DNA of 64,000 nucleotides, from the NCBI GenBank assembly GCA_030538235.1, contig JAUNUJ010000006.1, forward strand, positions 17,699 to 81,698, in the 5' to 3' direction. Below, in pieces: positions 28,634 to 40,500 of this stretch; within the stretch, counting starts at the first letter, position 1; every line of letters begins with the position of its first letter. Made by a program: the position numbers and the translations under genes. The notes beneath the pieces are model-generated. The model did no database searches, was not told the DNA's origin, and was given only the letters and a program-made list of their open reading frames with translations. Source of the stretch: Alcaligenaceae bacterium (GTDB lineage Bacteria > Pseudomonadota > Gammaproteobacteria > Burkholderiales > Burkholderiaceae_B).

Positions 28634-29860
28634 TTACAAACTCTTGATAAAGTTACCTAGATTACGGATACCTTCTTGGATTTTATCCTCAGAGACCGTC
28701 ACAAAGCTTAAACGCAGATTGTTTTTAGGGGCATTATTGAGATCTGTATAAAATGGCATGCCAGGGACATAAGCAACCTTGCACTGCTCAACTACTTCGG
28801 GCAGGATGGCTGCGGTGTCAATATGCTCCGGTACGCTGGCCCAGATAAACATGCCGCCGGTCGGATGAGTCCATTTGCAGCTCTCAGGGAAGTGCTCATT
28901 TAATGCATCCAACATAAAGTAGCACTGCTTGCGATAGAGTTCACGGACGGCAGGTAAATGCTCTGCTAGGAAGCCGTCTTTGATCGCTTCGTAGACGGCC
29001 ATTTGTGAAACGGTTTGGGTGTGCAAGTCAGTGGCCTGCTTTAACTGTACCATTTTGTTGATCACTGCAACAGGAGCGACCACATAGCCTATGCGAATGC
29101 CTGGAGCGAGTACCTTAGAAAATGAACCCATACGAATCACTGTGGCACCGGCCTCACGACCTAAGGCTAGTAATGAGGGTAAGTGTTCGCCCTCGAAGCG
29201 CAGTTCGCCATAGGGGTCGTCTTCGATAATAGGCAAACCGTACTTGGCACAGGTCGTCACTAGCTCCTTACGGCGCTCCAACGTCATGGTGATACCAGTC
29301 GGGTTCTGGAAATTGGGAAGCGCGTAAATAAAGCGAGCGTCTTGGGCTTTGTCGGCGGTAATGTCCTGAGGAATCATGCCGAATTCGTCAGTTTCTACGG
29401 TTTCATAACGTGGATTCTGTACCGAAAAAGATTGCAATGCGCCTAAATAAGACGGTGATTCAACCAAAATCTTGGCGCCATCATCAATAAATAGTTTGCC
29501 TAATAAATCCAATGCCTGCTGTGAACCTGAAACAATTAATACCTCTTCGGTTTCAACCTGAACGCCACGCTTAGCAAAGTCTTGTGCGACCCACTCGCGT
29601 AATGGGCGATAGCCCTCGGTCGGACCGTATTGTAGCGCCGCTTCGGGATTTTCAGTTAAGACTTTAGTGAAGGCCTTGAGTAGGGTTTCTTTAGGGAAGC
29701 CTTTGGGCGAAGGTAAACCGCCGGCAAATGAAATCACATCCGGACGCTCCGTGACTTTTAAAATCTCACGAATCACTGAACCGGAAAGATTGATAGCACG
29801 TTGTGAAAATTTGTCCTCTACACGAAACTCAGAGGTTTTTATTTTAATTGAATCGTTCAT
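28634..29860 (-). CDS. PLP-dependent aminotransferase class I (LysN/2-aminoadipate transaminase-like)
   Basis: ISFAGGLP, FQNPTG, EDDPYGEL, GSFSKVLAPGIRIG; no HTH. Confidence 0.85.
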   Translation of the reverse strand: MNDSIKIKTSEFRVEDKFSQRAINLSGSVIREILKVTERPDVISFAGGLPSPKGFPKETLLKAFTKVLTENPEAALQYGPTEGYRPLREWVAQDFAKRGVQVETEEVLIVSGSQQALDLLGKLFIDDGAKILVESPSYLGALQSFSVQNPRYETVETDEFGMIPQDITADKAQDARFIYALPNFQNPTGITMTLERRKELVTTCAKYGLPIIEDDPYGELRFEGEHLPSLLALGREAGATVIRMGSFSKVLAPGIRIGYVVAPVAVINKMVQLKQATDLHTQTVSQMAVYEAIKDGFLAEHLPAVRELYRKQCYFMLDALNEHFPESCKWTHPTGGMFIWASVPEHIDTAAILPEVVEQCKVAYVPGMPFYTDLNNAPKNNLRLSFVTVSEDKIQEGIRNLGNFIKSL

Positions 29861-30034
29861 CTTGTAATACTACGGAAAAGTTTGCAAATTATAAAACATG
29901 GATAATTTAATGATACCCCTTTTGTTCAAGGTCTGCTGTCAATTCGGACAGGCTGTAACGATGAGTTATTATCTTTGATTTCAAAGGGTTTTTTAAGGTA
30001 TCGAGAGAGTCAAAAATCACTCATTTATCGCCAT

Positions 30035-30071
30035 AAAAAAAGGGGTTCGGTACTGTGACCAAACCCCTTTT
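30035..30071 (-). terminator. Terminator after acnB
   Basis: AAAAGGGGTT...AACCCCTTTT inverted repeat with A/T tracts. Confidence 0.7.
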
Positions 30072-30094
30072 GCTAATTAACTGGAGATGGTTAA

Positions 30095-32686
30095 TTAGAG
30101 CTCTACGCTATCAGCAACTTCTTGGAAATCTTCGATTTCGTTGAAGTTCATATAACGGTAGATGTTATCGCTGTTTTCATCGATGATGCCCATATTTTCG
30201 AGGTATTCCTCGCGAGTTGGGATCTTGCCTAAGCGAGAACAAATAGCCGCTAACTCAGCAGAACCTAGGTACACGTTGGTGTTTTTACCTAAACGGTTCG
30301 GGAAGTTACGAGTACTGGTCGACATCACAGTGGCGCCTTCACGTACTTGTGCTTGGTTACCCATGCAGAGTGAGCAACCCGGCATCTCGATACGAGCACC
30401 GGCAACGCCGAAGGTGCCGTAGTGACCCTCTTCAGTTAACTGCTTCTGGTCCATCTTGGTCGGAGGCGCAACCCATAAGCGAACAGGAATATCGCGTTTG
30501 TTCTCAAGAAGTTTAGAAGCGGCACGGAAGTGACCGATGTTGGTCATGCAGCTACCGATAAATACTTCGTCAATTTTCTCACCGGCAACGTCTGATAAGC
30601 TTTTAACATCATCAGGGTCATTAGGGCAAGCGACTAGAGGCTCATGAATATCAGCTAAGTCGATTTCGATAACTGCAGCGTATTCGGCGTCTGCATCAGG
30701 CTCTAGCAGTTGTGGGTTTTCTAACCACTGCTCCATGGCGCGGATACGACGGGCTAATGAACGTTCATCTTCGTAACCGTTGGCAATCATCCACTTCAAT
30801 AAAGTGATGTTTGACTTTAAGTATTCAATGATTGGCTCTTTGTTTAGGCGTACAGTACAACCGGCAGCAGAGCGCTCAGCTGAAGCATCACTTAATTCGA
30901 AAGCTTGCTCAACCTTAAGATCAGGTAGACCCTCGATTTCCAGTACGCGACCAGAGAAGATGTTTTTCTTACCCTGTTTGGCAACAGTTAATAAACCGTC
31001 TTTGATGGCGTAGTAAGGAATCGCATTAACTAAATCGCGTAACGTCACGCCGGGCTGCATTTTGCCTTTGAAACGTACTAGTACGGACTCAGGCATATCC
31101 AGAGGCATTACACCGGTTGCTGCAGCGAATGCAACTAGACCGGAGCCGGCCGGGAAGCTAATACCAATTGGGAAACGAGTATGTGAGTCACCACCGGTAC
31201 CGACGGTATCAGGTAACAACATACGGTTTAACCAAGAGTGAATCACGCCGTCACCCGGACGTAGTGAAATACCGCCACGAGTGCTGATGAAATCAGGTAA
31301 TTCGTGGTGAGTCTTAACGTCAACTGGCTTAGGATAAGCGGCGGTGTGACAGAAAGACTGCATAACTAGGTCAGCTGAGAAACCCAAACAGGCTAAGTCT
31401 TTTAGTTCATCGCGAGTCATTGGGCCGGTGGTATCCTGGCTACCAACAGATGTCATGCGAGGCTCGCAGTAAGTGCCGGGGCGAACACCTTGACCCTCAG
31501 GTAGACCGCATGCGCGACCAACCATTTTTTGAGCTAAGGTAAAGCCCTTGCCGCTATCGGCAGGTACTTCAGGTAAGCGGAAAATAGTAGAAGCTTCTAA
31601 ACCGAGTGCTTCGCGTGCTTTAGCAGTTAGGCCACGACCGATAATTAATGGAATACGACCACCGGCTTGGACTTCGTCAAATAATACATCGGATTTTACG
31701 TCGAATTCAGCAATCACTTCACCGTTTTTAAGAGCCTTGCCCTCGTATGGACGCAATTCGATTTCGTCGCCCATTTCCATTTGTGAAACATCCAGTTCGA
31801 TTGGTAGTGCACCCGCATCTTCCATGGTGTTGTAGAAAATAGGAGCAATTTTGCCACCTAAACACACACCACCGAAACGCTTATTAGGAACAAAAGGAAT
31901 GTCCTCACCGGTAAACCATAGTACTGAGTTAGTTGCTGATTTACGAGAAGAACCGGTACCGACCACGTCACCAACATAAGCAACTAGGTTGCCTTTGGCT
32001 TTTAAGTCTTCGATAAACTGGATTGGGCCGCGCTTGCCGTCTTCTTCAGGCTCAAAGGCTGCATCAGGGCGCTTGTTTTTAAGCATCGCTAGCGCGTGCA
32101 TTGGAATATCAGGGCGCGTGGTTGCATCTGGCGCCGGTGATAAATCGTCCGTGTTGGTCTCACCCGGTACTTTGAAGACAGTGATTTTCATGCTCTCAGG
32201 TACGGCAGGGCGGCTAGTAAACCACTCGGCATCAGCCCAGCTCTGTAGTACTTGTTGAGCGAATTGGTTGCCACCTTCGGCCTTTTCACGTACATCGTGG
32301 AAAGCGTCGAACATCAGCAAGGTGTTTTTGAGGGCATCAGCTGCAATCTGAGCTAATTGCTCATTGTCTAATAACTCGACTAATGGAGCGATATTGAAAC
32401 CACCCAACATAGTACCTAAAAGCTCAGTGGCTTTTTCGGGGGTAATTAAAGGGGTTTTTTCATTACCAAAAGCAACGGCAGCCAGGTAAGAAGCCTTAAC
32501 TCTAGCAGCGTCGTCTACGCCCGCAGGAACACGATAGGTTAGTAGTTCAACTAAGAACGACTCCTCACCGGCAGGAGGGTTTTTGATTAATTCGATTAAC
32601 TCGGCAGTTTGTTGGGCAGAGAGGGCTAAAGCAGGTATGCCTAAAGCCGCACGTTCTTCTACATGCTTACGATATGCTTCTAACAT
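30095..32686 (-). CDS. acnB: Aconitate hydratase B
   Basis: [18 protein letters not shown] start, [35 protein letters not shown]. Confidence 0.97.
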   Translation of the reverse strand: MLEAYRKHVEERAALGIPALALSAQQTAELIELIKNPPAGEESFLVELLTYRVPAGVDDAARVKASYLAAVAFGNEKTPLITPEKATELLGTMLGGFNIAPLVELLDNEQLAQIAADALKNTLLMFDAFHDVREKAEGGNQFAQQVLQSWADAEWFTSRPAVPESMKITVFKVPGETNTDDLSPAPDATTRPDIPMHALAMLKNKRPDAAFEPEEDGKRGPIQFIEDLKAKGNLVAYVGDVVGTGSSRKSATNSVLWFTGEDIPFVPNKRFGGVCLGGKIAPIFYNTMEDAGALPIELDVSQMEMGDEIELRPYEGKALKNGEVIAEFDVKSDVLFDEVQAGGRIPLIIGRGLTAKAREALGLEASTIFRLPEVPADSGKGFTLAQKMVGRACGLPEGQGVRPGTYCEPRMTSVGSQDTTGPMTRDELKDLACLGFSADLVMQSFCHTAAYPKPVDVKTHHELPDFISTRGGISLRPGDGVIHSWLNRMLLPDTVGTGGDSHTRFPIGISFPAGSGLVAFAAATGVMPLDMPESVLVRFKGKMQPGVTLRDLVNAIPYYAIKDGLLTVAKQGKKNIFSGRVLEIEGLPDLKVEQAFELSDASAERSAAGCTVRLNKEPIIEYLKSNITLLKWMIANGYEDERSLARRIRAMEQWLENPQLLEPDADAEYAAVIEIDLADIHEPLVACPNDPDDVKSLSDVAGEKIDEVFIGSCMTNIGHFRAASKLLENKRDIPVRLWVAPPTKMDQKQLTEEGHYGTFGVAGARIEMPGCSLCMGNQAQVREGATVMSTSTRNFPNRLGKNTNVYLGSAELAAICSRLGKIPTREEYLENMGIIDENSDNIYRYMNFNEIEDFQEVADSVEL

Positions 32687-32752
32687 TTGATTACACCTTT
32701 ATAAACAAAAATGTTGCTTTTAATTTTTGATTGAACAGAGAGAGTATAACAC

Positions 32753-32777
32753 AAGTCTTATGTCTTATATAAGACTT
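32753..32777. promoter_or_regulatory. Palindromic operator AAGTCTTATGTCTTATATAAGACTT upstream of acnB
   Basis: Perfect 9-bp arms; the 19-nt core is identical to the site at 38671-38689. Confidence 0.8.
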
Positions 32778-32909
32778 AGGGGTTTTGTGTATGGTTTTAA
32801 TACACATTTTAAGAATACTTAAATAATTAAACTGTAAAATAGACTATTTAGTCAATGTTGACATCGTTTCAGACTACTATGAGTCTTTATACTAATCTAG
32901 GGGGATTTT

Positions 32910-33860
32910 ATGTACAAAAAGAGTATTTTATCGTTAAGTGCAGCTGTCGCATTATCTTTGACCGGTGGGGCATTTAGTTCTGTGGCTTATGCTTCAGCCC
33001 AGGCCGAGCAGGAGTTACGCACCTATCTAGCGTCTTTCGGTCTCGAGGATAGTTTCAGCTGGGAGCGTATCGAGGGCGATTCATTAGCCGATGCGTCGGT
33101 TTATGGGGTGACTTTCATCAGCGATAAGGGTAGCGACGATGAGCAAAAGTATCTAATCAAAAAGATGGATTTTGACGATTACTCGGTGACTGATGATCGG
33201 ATCTCGGTTGAGGTCAAGTACCTTGGTGTCACTGACGAGGATGGCGAGCATGTTTTATTATCTAAACGCTTAAGTCCTGAAGGCCATTTTCAAAGTTTAG
33301 CTTATGAGCAGCTTGACGATATTGAGGTTAAGCTCAAATATACGATGGATAAGGCTAGCGGCACCTTAGCAGGTGGTTTTGAGATTTCACAGGATGATGT
33401 GTTGGATGGTTCCTTAAGCTTTAAAACCGAAGGCATTGATGTGTTATTTGAGCAGTTAAAGTCAATGGATGCAGCCGTACTGGATCCGGATTTGCTTATG
33501 ATTAGTGCTATGTCGACCAAGATTCATCACATTAATATCTCTGTGGATGACGATGGCTATAACAAGCGTATGTTAGAGCATAATCCACAGCATGAGTCTG
33601 AGGTGGGTGAGCATTATCAAGCGTGTGTGCAGACCGTAGGCGAGTTTGATCTTAAAGTGCTCGAGCAGGGTTGTATGGCAATGAGGGATTATTTACTCGA
33701 TAAAGAGGATAAATTGCAAATCTCCATCAATCCCGCTAAGCCATTTTCCATCGCCGAATACATGCCGATGTTTATGCTGGTGGGTAATGCCGGTCCAGAT
33801 GCTTTGGCTACGTTAGTGCAAAAAATTGTAGGCGAATTAAATCTGAAAATTTCTAATTAG
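32910..33860 (+). CDS. Hypothetical exported acidic protein
   Basis: 316 aa ORF with GGGGA RBS and Sec signal peptide (ending AYA); no family recognised. Confidence 0.75.
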   Translation: MYKKSILSLSAAVALSLTGGAFSSVAYASAQAEQELRTYLASFGLEDSFSWERIEGDSLADASVYGVTFISDKGSDDEQKYLIKKMDFDDYSVTDDRISVEVKYLGVTDEDGEHVLLSKRLSPEGHFQSLAYEQLDDIEVKLKYTMDKASGTLAGGFEISQDDVLDGSLSFKTEGIDVLFEQLKSMDAAVLDPDLLMISAMSTKIHHINISVDDDGYNKRMLEHNPQHESEVGEHYQACVQTVGEFDLKVLEQGCMAMRDYLLDKEDKLQISINPAKPFSIAEYMPMFMLVGNAGPDALATLVQKIVGELNLKISN

Positions 33861-33882
33861 TCGTGAAGCAGACCCTTTATAA

Positions 33883-35310
<1,428 letters not shown>

Positions 35311-35335
35311 TCTTAATTCTTAGATATAGCCCAAA

Positions 35336-35368
35336 AAAATAGGCGCCTCCAAGTGGGGCGCCTATTTT
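35336..35368. terminator. Bidirectional terminator
   Basis: AAAATAGGCGCC...GGCGCCTATTTT. Confidence 0.8.
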
Positions 35369-35391
35369 AGTTTAAAACTAAAGAGTTTTAA

Positions 35392-36555
35392 TTACTGACG
35401 ATCTTCGAGCTTCACGAAGTCTTTGTTATCCGGGCCAATGTAGTTAGCATTTGGACGAATAATCTTGTTGTCAGCGCGTTGCTCAAGAATATGAGCAGCC
35501 CAACCAGCAGTACGTGCAATCACGAAAAGCGGGGTGAACATCGCTGTTGGCACGCCCATCATGTGATAAGACACAGCTGAGAACCAGTCCAAGTTAGGGA
35601 ACATTTTCTTAGCATCCCACATCACTGTTTCAAGGCGTTCAGCGATTTCAAACATCTTGGTGTTGTTGGCGCTTTCAGAAAGTTCTTTAGCAACCGCTTT
35701 AATCACTTCATTACGCGGGTCAGACACGGTGTAAACCGGGTGACCGAAGCCGATAATCACTTCTTTGTTTTCGAGGCGCTTTAAGATATCAGTCTCAGCG
35801 TCATCGGCGTTGTCGTAACGCTTTTGAACTTCGAAGGCAACTTCGTTGGCGCCACCATGTTTTGGACCACGCAGGGCACCGATTGCGCCTGAGATACAAG
35901 AGTACATATCTGAACCGGTACCGGCAATGACGCGGCTGGTAAAGGTAGAGGCGTTAAACTCGTGCTCAGCGTATAGGTTCAAAGAAATATGCATCGCACG
36001 TACCCAGTCTTCAGACGGAGTCTCGCCGTGCAATAACTCAAGGAAGTGACCGGCAATGCTGTCTTCATCAGACTCAACATCAATGACTACACCGTTATTG
36101 CTGAAGTGGTACCAGTAAAGTAGGGCAGAACCCAAACTGGCGATTAAACGGTCAGCGATATCGCGTGCATCAGCGGCGTTGTGATCGTCTTTTTCCGGCA
36201 AAGTGCAGCCTAAGACAGAAACGGCGGTGCGCATCACGTCCATTGGGTGGCTGGCAGCAGGTAGACTTTCTAATACTTCTTTGACTGTTAGTGGTAAGCC
36301 ACGCAGTCTTTTAAGCTTGGCTTTGTATGCTTCTAATTCAGCAACGTTAGGTAATTTGCCGTGAATCAGTAAGTGGGCGACTTCTTCAAATTCGCAAGCA
36401 CCGGCCATATCTAAAATGTCGTAACCGCGGTAATGTAAGTCATTGCCGGATAAACCGACAGTACATAACGCGGTGTTACCTGCGGCAATGCCTGATAAGG
36501 CAACTGACTTTTTACCTTTTGGCTTGGTTTTTGTGCTTTGCTCTGTTTGACTCAT
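35392..36555 (-). CDS. prpC: 2-methylcitrate synthase
   Basis: [35 protein letters not shown]. Confidence 0.95.
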   Translation of the reverse strand: MSQTEQSTKTKPKGKKSVALSGIAAGNTALCTVGLSGNDLHYRGYDILDMAGACEFEEVAHLLIHGKLPNVAELEAYKAKLKRLRGLPLTVKEVLESLPAASHPMDVMRTAVSVLGCTLPEKDDHNAADARDIADRLIASLGSALLYWYHFSNNGVVIDVESDEDSIAGHFLELLHGETPSEDWVRAMHISLNLYAEHEFNASTFTSRVIAGTGSDMYSCISGAIGALRGPKHGGANEVAFEVQKRYDNADDAETDILKRLENKEVIIGFGHPVYTVSDPRNEVIKAVAKELSESANNTKMFEIAERLETVMWDAKKMFPNLDWFSAVSYHMMGVPTAMFTPLFVIARTAGWAAHILEQRADNKIIRPNANYIGPDNKDFVKLEDRQ

Positions 36556-36587
36556 GATGGTCCTCCTGTTTTTTTTTTGCTCGAAAA

Positions 36588-37469
36588 TTATTTTTTCGAA
36601 TATAAATTATCTAAGTATTCTTCAAATTCAAAGTAGCCGATGCTCTCGTAGAGTTCCATACGAGTCTGCATGGTGTCAACGACATTTTTCTGGTGACCGT
36701 CTTTGCGAATCGCTTCGTAGACGTTTTGAGCAGCTTTGTTCATGGCGCGGAAAGCGGATAATGGGTATAAAACCATGCCAACATCGACACTGGCCAACTC
36801 ATCGACTGAGAATAAAGGCGTCGCACCGAACTCAGTGATATTGGCTAAAACCGGAACGTTTAAGTTATCGGTAAAGAGTTTATACGTTTCTAAATCATGC
36901 GCTGCTTCGACGAAAATAGCATCGGCACCGGCTTCGGCGCATTTATGAGCACGCTCTAGCGCCGCTTCAACGCCAAAGCTTTGGATCGCATCAGTACGGG
37001 CAATGATATAGAAATCGGGATCGGTTTTGGCGTCAACAGCGGCTTTGATGCGGTCAATCATTTCTTCAGTAGAAACGATTTCCTTGTTAGGGCGGTGGCC
37101 ACAACGCTTAGCACCGGCTTGGTCTTCAATGTGGCAGGCGGCGGCGCCGAATTTAATTAAACTTTTAACGGTACGAGCAATATTAAAAGCGGATGGGCCG
37201 AAACCGGTATCGATATCAACTAATAAAGGCGTATCACAAACATCAGTGATGCGACGGATATCAGTCAGTACATCATCGAGGGTGTTAATGCCTAGATCAG
37301 GCAGACCCAATGAACCGGCAGCAACACCGCCACCGGATAGGTAAATTGCTTTGAAACCGGCGCGTTTAGCTAATAATGCGTGGTTTGCATTGATGGCGCC
37401 AATGATTTGTAGTGGCTTTTCTTCAGCTAAGGCTTTACGAAAAGCGGCACCTGCAGAAATTTGACTCAT
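36588..37469 (-). CDS. prpB: 2-methylisocitrate lyase
   Basis: IYLSGGG, KRCGHRP, ARTDA. Confidence 0.95.
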   Translation of the reverse strand: MSQISAGAAFRKALAEEKPLQIIGAINANHALLAKRAGFKAIYLSGGGVAAGSLGLPDLGINTLDDVLTDIRRITDVCDTPLLVDIDTGFGPSAFNIARTVKSLIKFGAAACHIEDQAGAKRCGHRPNKEIVSTEEMIDRIKAAVDAKTDPDFYIIARTDAIQSFGVEAALERAHKCAEAGADAIFVEAAHDLETYKLFTDNLNVPVLANITEFGATPLFSVDELASVDVGMVLYPLSAFRAMNKAAQNVYEAIRKDGHQKNVVDTMQTRMELYESIGYFEFEEYLDNLYSKK

Positions 37470-37491
37470 AACTTTGTTCTCTATTTAAAAT

Positions 37492-37527
37492 AAGAGCCAC
37501 CCGAACAGTTAAGTACGGGTGGCTTTT
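37492..37527 (-). terminator. Hairpin between mdh and prpB
   Basis: AGCCACCCG...CGGGTGGCT inverted repeat. Confidence 0.55.
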
Positions 37528-37583
37528 GTTCTGATTAAACAGTCTCAGACTGCTTTAATTGATGAAAAACAATCAAGGGATGA

Positions 37584-38573
37584 TTATTTTAATAATTCAG
37601 CCACACCGTCACGCTCTTCAAGAAGCTCGTTTAGTGTGTTATCCATATAAGCGCGAGAGGTTTCATCAATTTCTAAACCCTCAACACGCTTGTACTCACC
37701 GTTTTCGCAGATAACAGGGACACCGTACATGATGCCTTCAGGAATCTCGTAAGAGCCGTCAGAAGGAATGCCCATGGTGACCCACTGACCATTGGAGCCT
37801 AAAACCCAGTCACGGATGTGGTCGATGGCGGCGTTTGCGGCAGAAGCGGCAGAAGATAAACCACGTGCTTCAATAATCGCTGCACCGCGTTTACCAACCT
37901 TAGGAATAAATTCGTTTTTGTTCCACTCTTCGTCGCTGATCAGGTCTTTTAAGCTCTCACCATCGACGGTCGCAAAGCGGTAGTCAGGATACATGGTAGG
38001 AGAGTGGTTGCCCCAAACGGCAAAGTTTTCAATGTCTTTAACCGCTTTGCCTGATTTCTGGGCTAATTGAGTTAAAGCGCGGTTGTGGTCAAGACGTAAC
38101 ATCGCAGTAAAGTTTTTAGCCGGTAAATCCGGAGCCGACTTCATGGCAATGTAAGCGTTAGTGTTAGCCGGGTTACCCACAACTAATACCTTGACATCAC
38201 GATCGGCGACGTCATTAAGTGCTTTACCTTGTTCGATAAAGATCTTGGCGTTAATTTGTAGTAAGTCGGCGCGCTCCATGCCCGGACCACGAGGACGTGA
38301 ACCGACTAATAGAGCAATTTGGGCGTCTTTAAAAGCTTCTTTAGGATCGCTGTGAGCTGTCATACCCTCTAAGAGCGGGAAAGCACAGTCATCTAACTCC
38401 ATCATCACGCCTTTGAGGGCGTTTTGAGCTTTTTCATCAGGAATTTCCAGTAATTGAAGGATAACAGGTTGATCCTTGCCTAGCATCTCACCGGAAGCAA
38501 TGCGGAATAAAAGGGCGTAGCCAATTTGGCCGGCGGCGCCTGTGACCGCTACACGAACAGCAGGTTTTGACAT
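37584..38573 (-). CDS. mdh: Malate dehydrogenase
   Basis: [39 protein letters not shown]. Confidence 0.97.
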   Translation of the reverse strand: MSKPAVRVAVTGAAGQIGYALLFRIASGEMLGKDQPVILQLLEIPDEKAQNALKGVMMELDDCAFPLLEGMTAHSDPKEAFKDAQIALLVGSRPRGPGMERADLLQINAKIFIEQGKALNDVADRDVKVLVVGNPANTNAYIAMKSAPDLPAKNFTAMLRLDHNRALTQLAQKSGKAVKDIENFAVWGNHSPTMYPDYRFATVDGESLKDLISDEEWNKNEFIPKVGKRGAAIIEARGLSSAASAANAAIDHIRDWVLGSNGQWVTMGIPSDGSYEIPEGIMYGVPVICENGEYKRVEGLEIDETSRAYMDNTLNELLEERDGVAELLK

Positions 38574-38668
38574 AAAAGTAACTCCAGCTTTACAAACTTT
38601 ATATTATGAAACGTTTAAAAATCTTGTTAAGCTTAGATCAATATTTGCCCCACGTCAATGAAGACTTA

Positions 38669-38691
38669 TATCTTATGTCTTATATAAGATA
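38669..38691. promoter_or_regulatory. Palindromic operator TATCTTATGTCTTATATAAGATA between mdh and the GntR regulator
   Basis: 19-nt core TCTTATGTCTTATATAAGA identical to the acnB site. Confidence 0.8.
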
Positions 38692-38751
38692 GAAGAATGG
38701 ACATTTTTTGTTACCGGTGCGATAATAAGGCAACATTTAATTTCTATAGTC

Positions 38752-39597
38752 ATGAGTAAAACACAGTCTAAGTTAATACCCAAGACTCCGCCTCGCAAGA
38801 GTTTGAGAGTTGCCGCACCCAGGGGACCCAGAGCCTTGTCTTCTAGGACCACCAAGGCTGCCGCCACAGCGCGCCAACGCGCTGCTTTTTCGCCACTCTA
38901 TAAGCAAATCAAGGAGTTGCTTTTAGAAAGTTTAGGTGCAGGTGAGTGGAAACCGGGCGAAAGTATCCCTAGTGAAGTTGAGTTGGCGAATCTTTATCAA
39001 GTCAGTCAAGGTACTGTGCGCAAAGCAATTGATGAATTAGCCGCCGAGAGTGTCTTAATACGCCGTCAGGGCAAAGGCACCTTTGTTGCAACTCATCACG
39101 AAGATGAGGTGCGCTATCGCTTCTTGCGTTTAGCCAGTCGCCACGGCCAAGAAAAAAGAGAAAAGCCGACCAGTAAGTTTCTGGCCTGCGATTTTCGGCC
39201 TGCTGAGCAGTTGGAGCTTGATCTTTTAGAGTTGTCGGCAGGTAGTGAGGTGGTTGAAATTGACCGTGTCATGCATTTTGGCGAAAAACCGGTCGTTTTT
39301 GAGCAGATTATCTTGCCGGCCGCGAGTTTTAAAGATCTTGATCTGCCAATGTTACAAAAACAGCTGCCTTTATATGGCTTATTTGAGTCCAACTTTGGTG
39401 TGAGTATGATTCGCGCCGAAGAACAACTGTATGCAGTTGCTGCGAATGCTGAAGTCTCAGAGTTGTTAGGGGTTCCGGAGGATTATCCTTTATTAGCAAT
39501 TAATCGAATTGCATATACTTATGGGGATAAACCCATAGAAATTCGTAAAGGAATGTATCTAACAAAAGACTATTTTTACCGAAATAGTTTAAACTAG
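38752..39597 (+). CDS. GntR/HutC family regulator with UTRA domain
   Basis: PLYKQIK, PSEVELA...VSQGTVRKAIDEL, RRQGKGTFV; between mdh and sdhC. Confidence 0.92.
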   Translation: MSKTQSKLIPKTPPRKSLRVAAPRGPRALSSRTTKAAATARQRAAFSPLYKQIKELLLESLGAGEWKPGESIPSEVELANLYQVSQGTVRKAIDELAAESVLIRRQGKGTFVATHHEDEVRYRFLRLASRHGQEKREKPTSKFLACDFRPAEQLELDLLELSAGSEVVEIDRVMHFGEKPVVFEQIILPAASFKDLDLPMLQKQLPLYGLFESNFGVSMIRAEEQLYAVAANAEVSELLGVPEDYPLLAINRIAYTYGDKPIEIRKGMYLTKDYFYRNSLN

Positions 39598-39697
39598 TGT
39601 GGGATTTGTTTTATTAACTACACCATTTTCAAATGGGTTCGACCTCATTTTTTAATGGTTTTTTGGGTTTCTTTGTATAAGTTGAGGCCAATCTACT

Positions 39698-40114
39698 ATG
39701 TCTGAAAATCAAAAAAAGCCTAATCGCGAGTTTCGCAATTTGAGCTTACGGAATATTACCGTCGATTACAAGCTACCGCTTCCCGGTAAAGTCTCCATTT
39801 TGCACCGTGTCAGTGGCGCTATTCTTTTTTTAGCGTTGCCGATAATTCTCGTGCCTTTATTTGCTGCAAGTGTTGGCTCTAGCGAGTCCTTTGCTAATTT
39901 AGGCAGCGGTTTTGGCGGTTTCCTCTTAAAACTGATTTTATTGGTTTTACTCTGGGGTTTTATGCATCACTTATGTGCCGGTGTACGCTTCCTAATGTTG
40001 GATATGGGTCGCGGTTTGGAAAAAGCAGAAGCTCAAAAGAGCGCTAAGCTTGTTCTAATTGTTAGCTTAATATTGACTGTTGTTTTTGCAATTAAAATGT
40101 TTGGAGTGCTCTAA
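39698..40114 (+). CDS. sdhC: Succinate dehydrogenase cytochrome b556 subunit
   Basis: SILHRVSG, HHLCAGVR. Confidence 0.93.
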   Translation: MSENQKKPNREFRNLSLRNITVDYKLPLPGKVSILHRVSGAILFLALPIILVPLFAASVGSSESFANLGSGFGGFLLKLILLVLLWGFMHHLCAGVRFLMLDMGRGLEKAEAQKSAKLVLIVSLILTVVFAIKMFGVL

Positions 40115-40497
40115 TGGATCGTTACGAACAATTCGGCCATAAGCGTCTTGCGGTTGGTGCCCGTTATGGTGCCATGGACTTCATTATTCAGCGTGTTACA
40201 GCTGTTATTCTGGCCATTTATTCAATTCTGTTTTTATTAGCAGTCATCTTCACGAAAATCGATTACGACTCTTGGAGAAACTTGTTTACCTTCACTTGGT
40301 TCGGTGCCTTTCCTGTAGGTAAAATCTCCACATCCTTAGCCTTCTTGGCGCTTGTGTATCACGCTTGGGTTGGTGTGCGCGATATTTGGATGGACTACAT
40401 TACCTGTGTAAAACTAAAACTGTCTCTACAGGTTCTGACTGTCATGTGGTTAGTTTCTTCGGTTGTTTATTTTGCTAGTGTTCTTTGGAGTCTATAA
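40114..40497 (+). CDS. sdhD: Succinate dehydrogenase membrane anchor
   Basis: QRVTAV, HAWVGVRDIWMDY. Confidence 0.93.
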   Translation: MDRYEQFGHKRLAVGARYGAMDFIIQRVTAVILAIYSILFLLAVIFTKIDYDSWRNLFTFTWFGAFPVGKISTSLAFLALVYHAWVGVRDIWMDYITCVKLKLSLQVLTVMWLVSSVVYFASVLWSL

Positions 40498-40500
40498 GCC

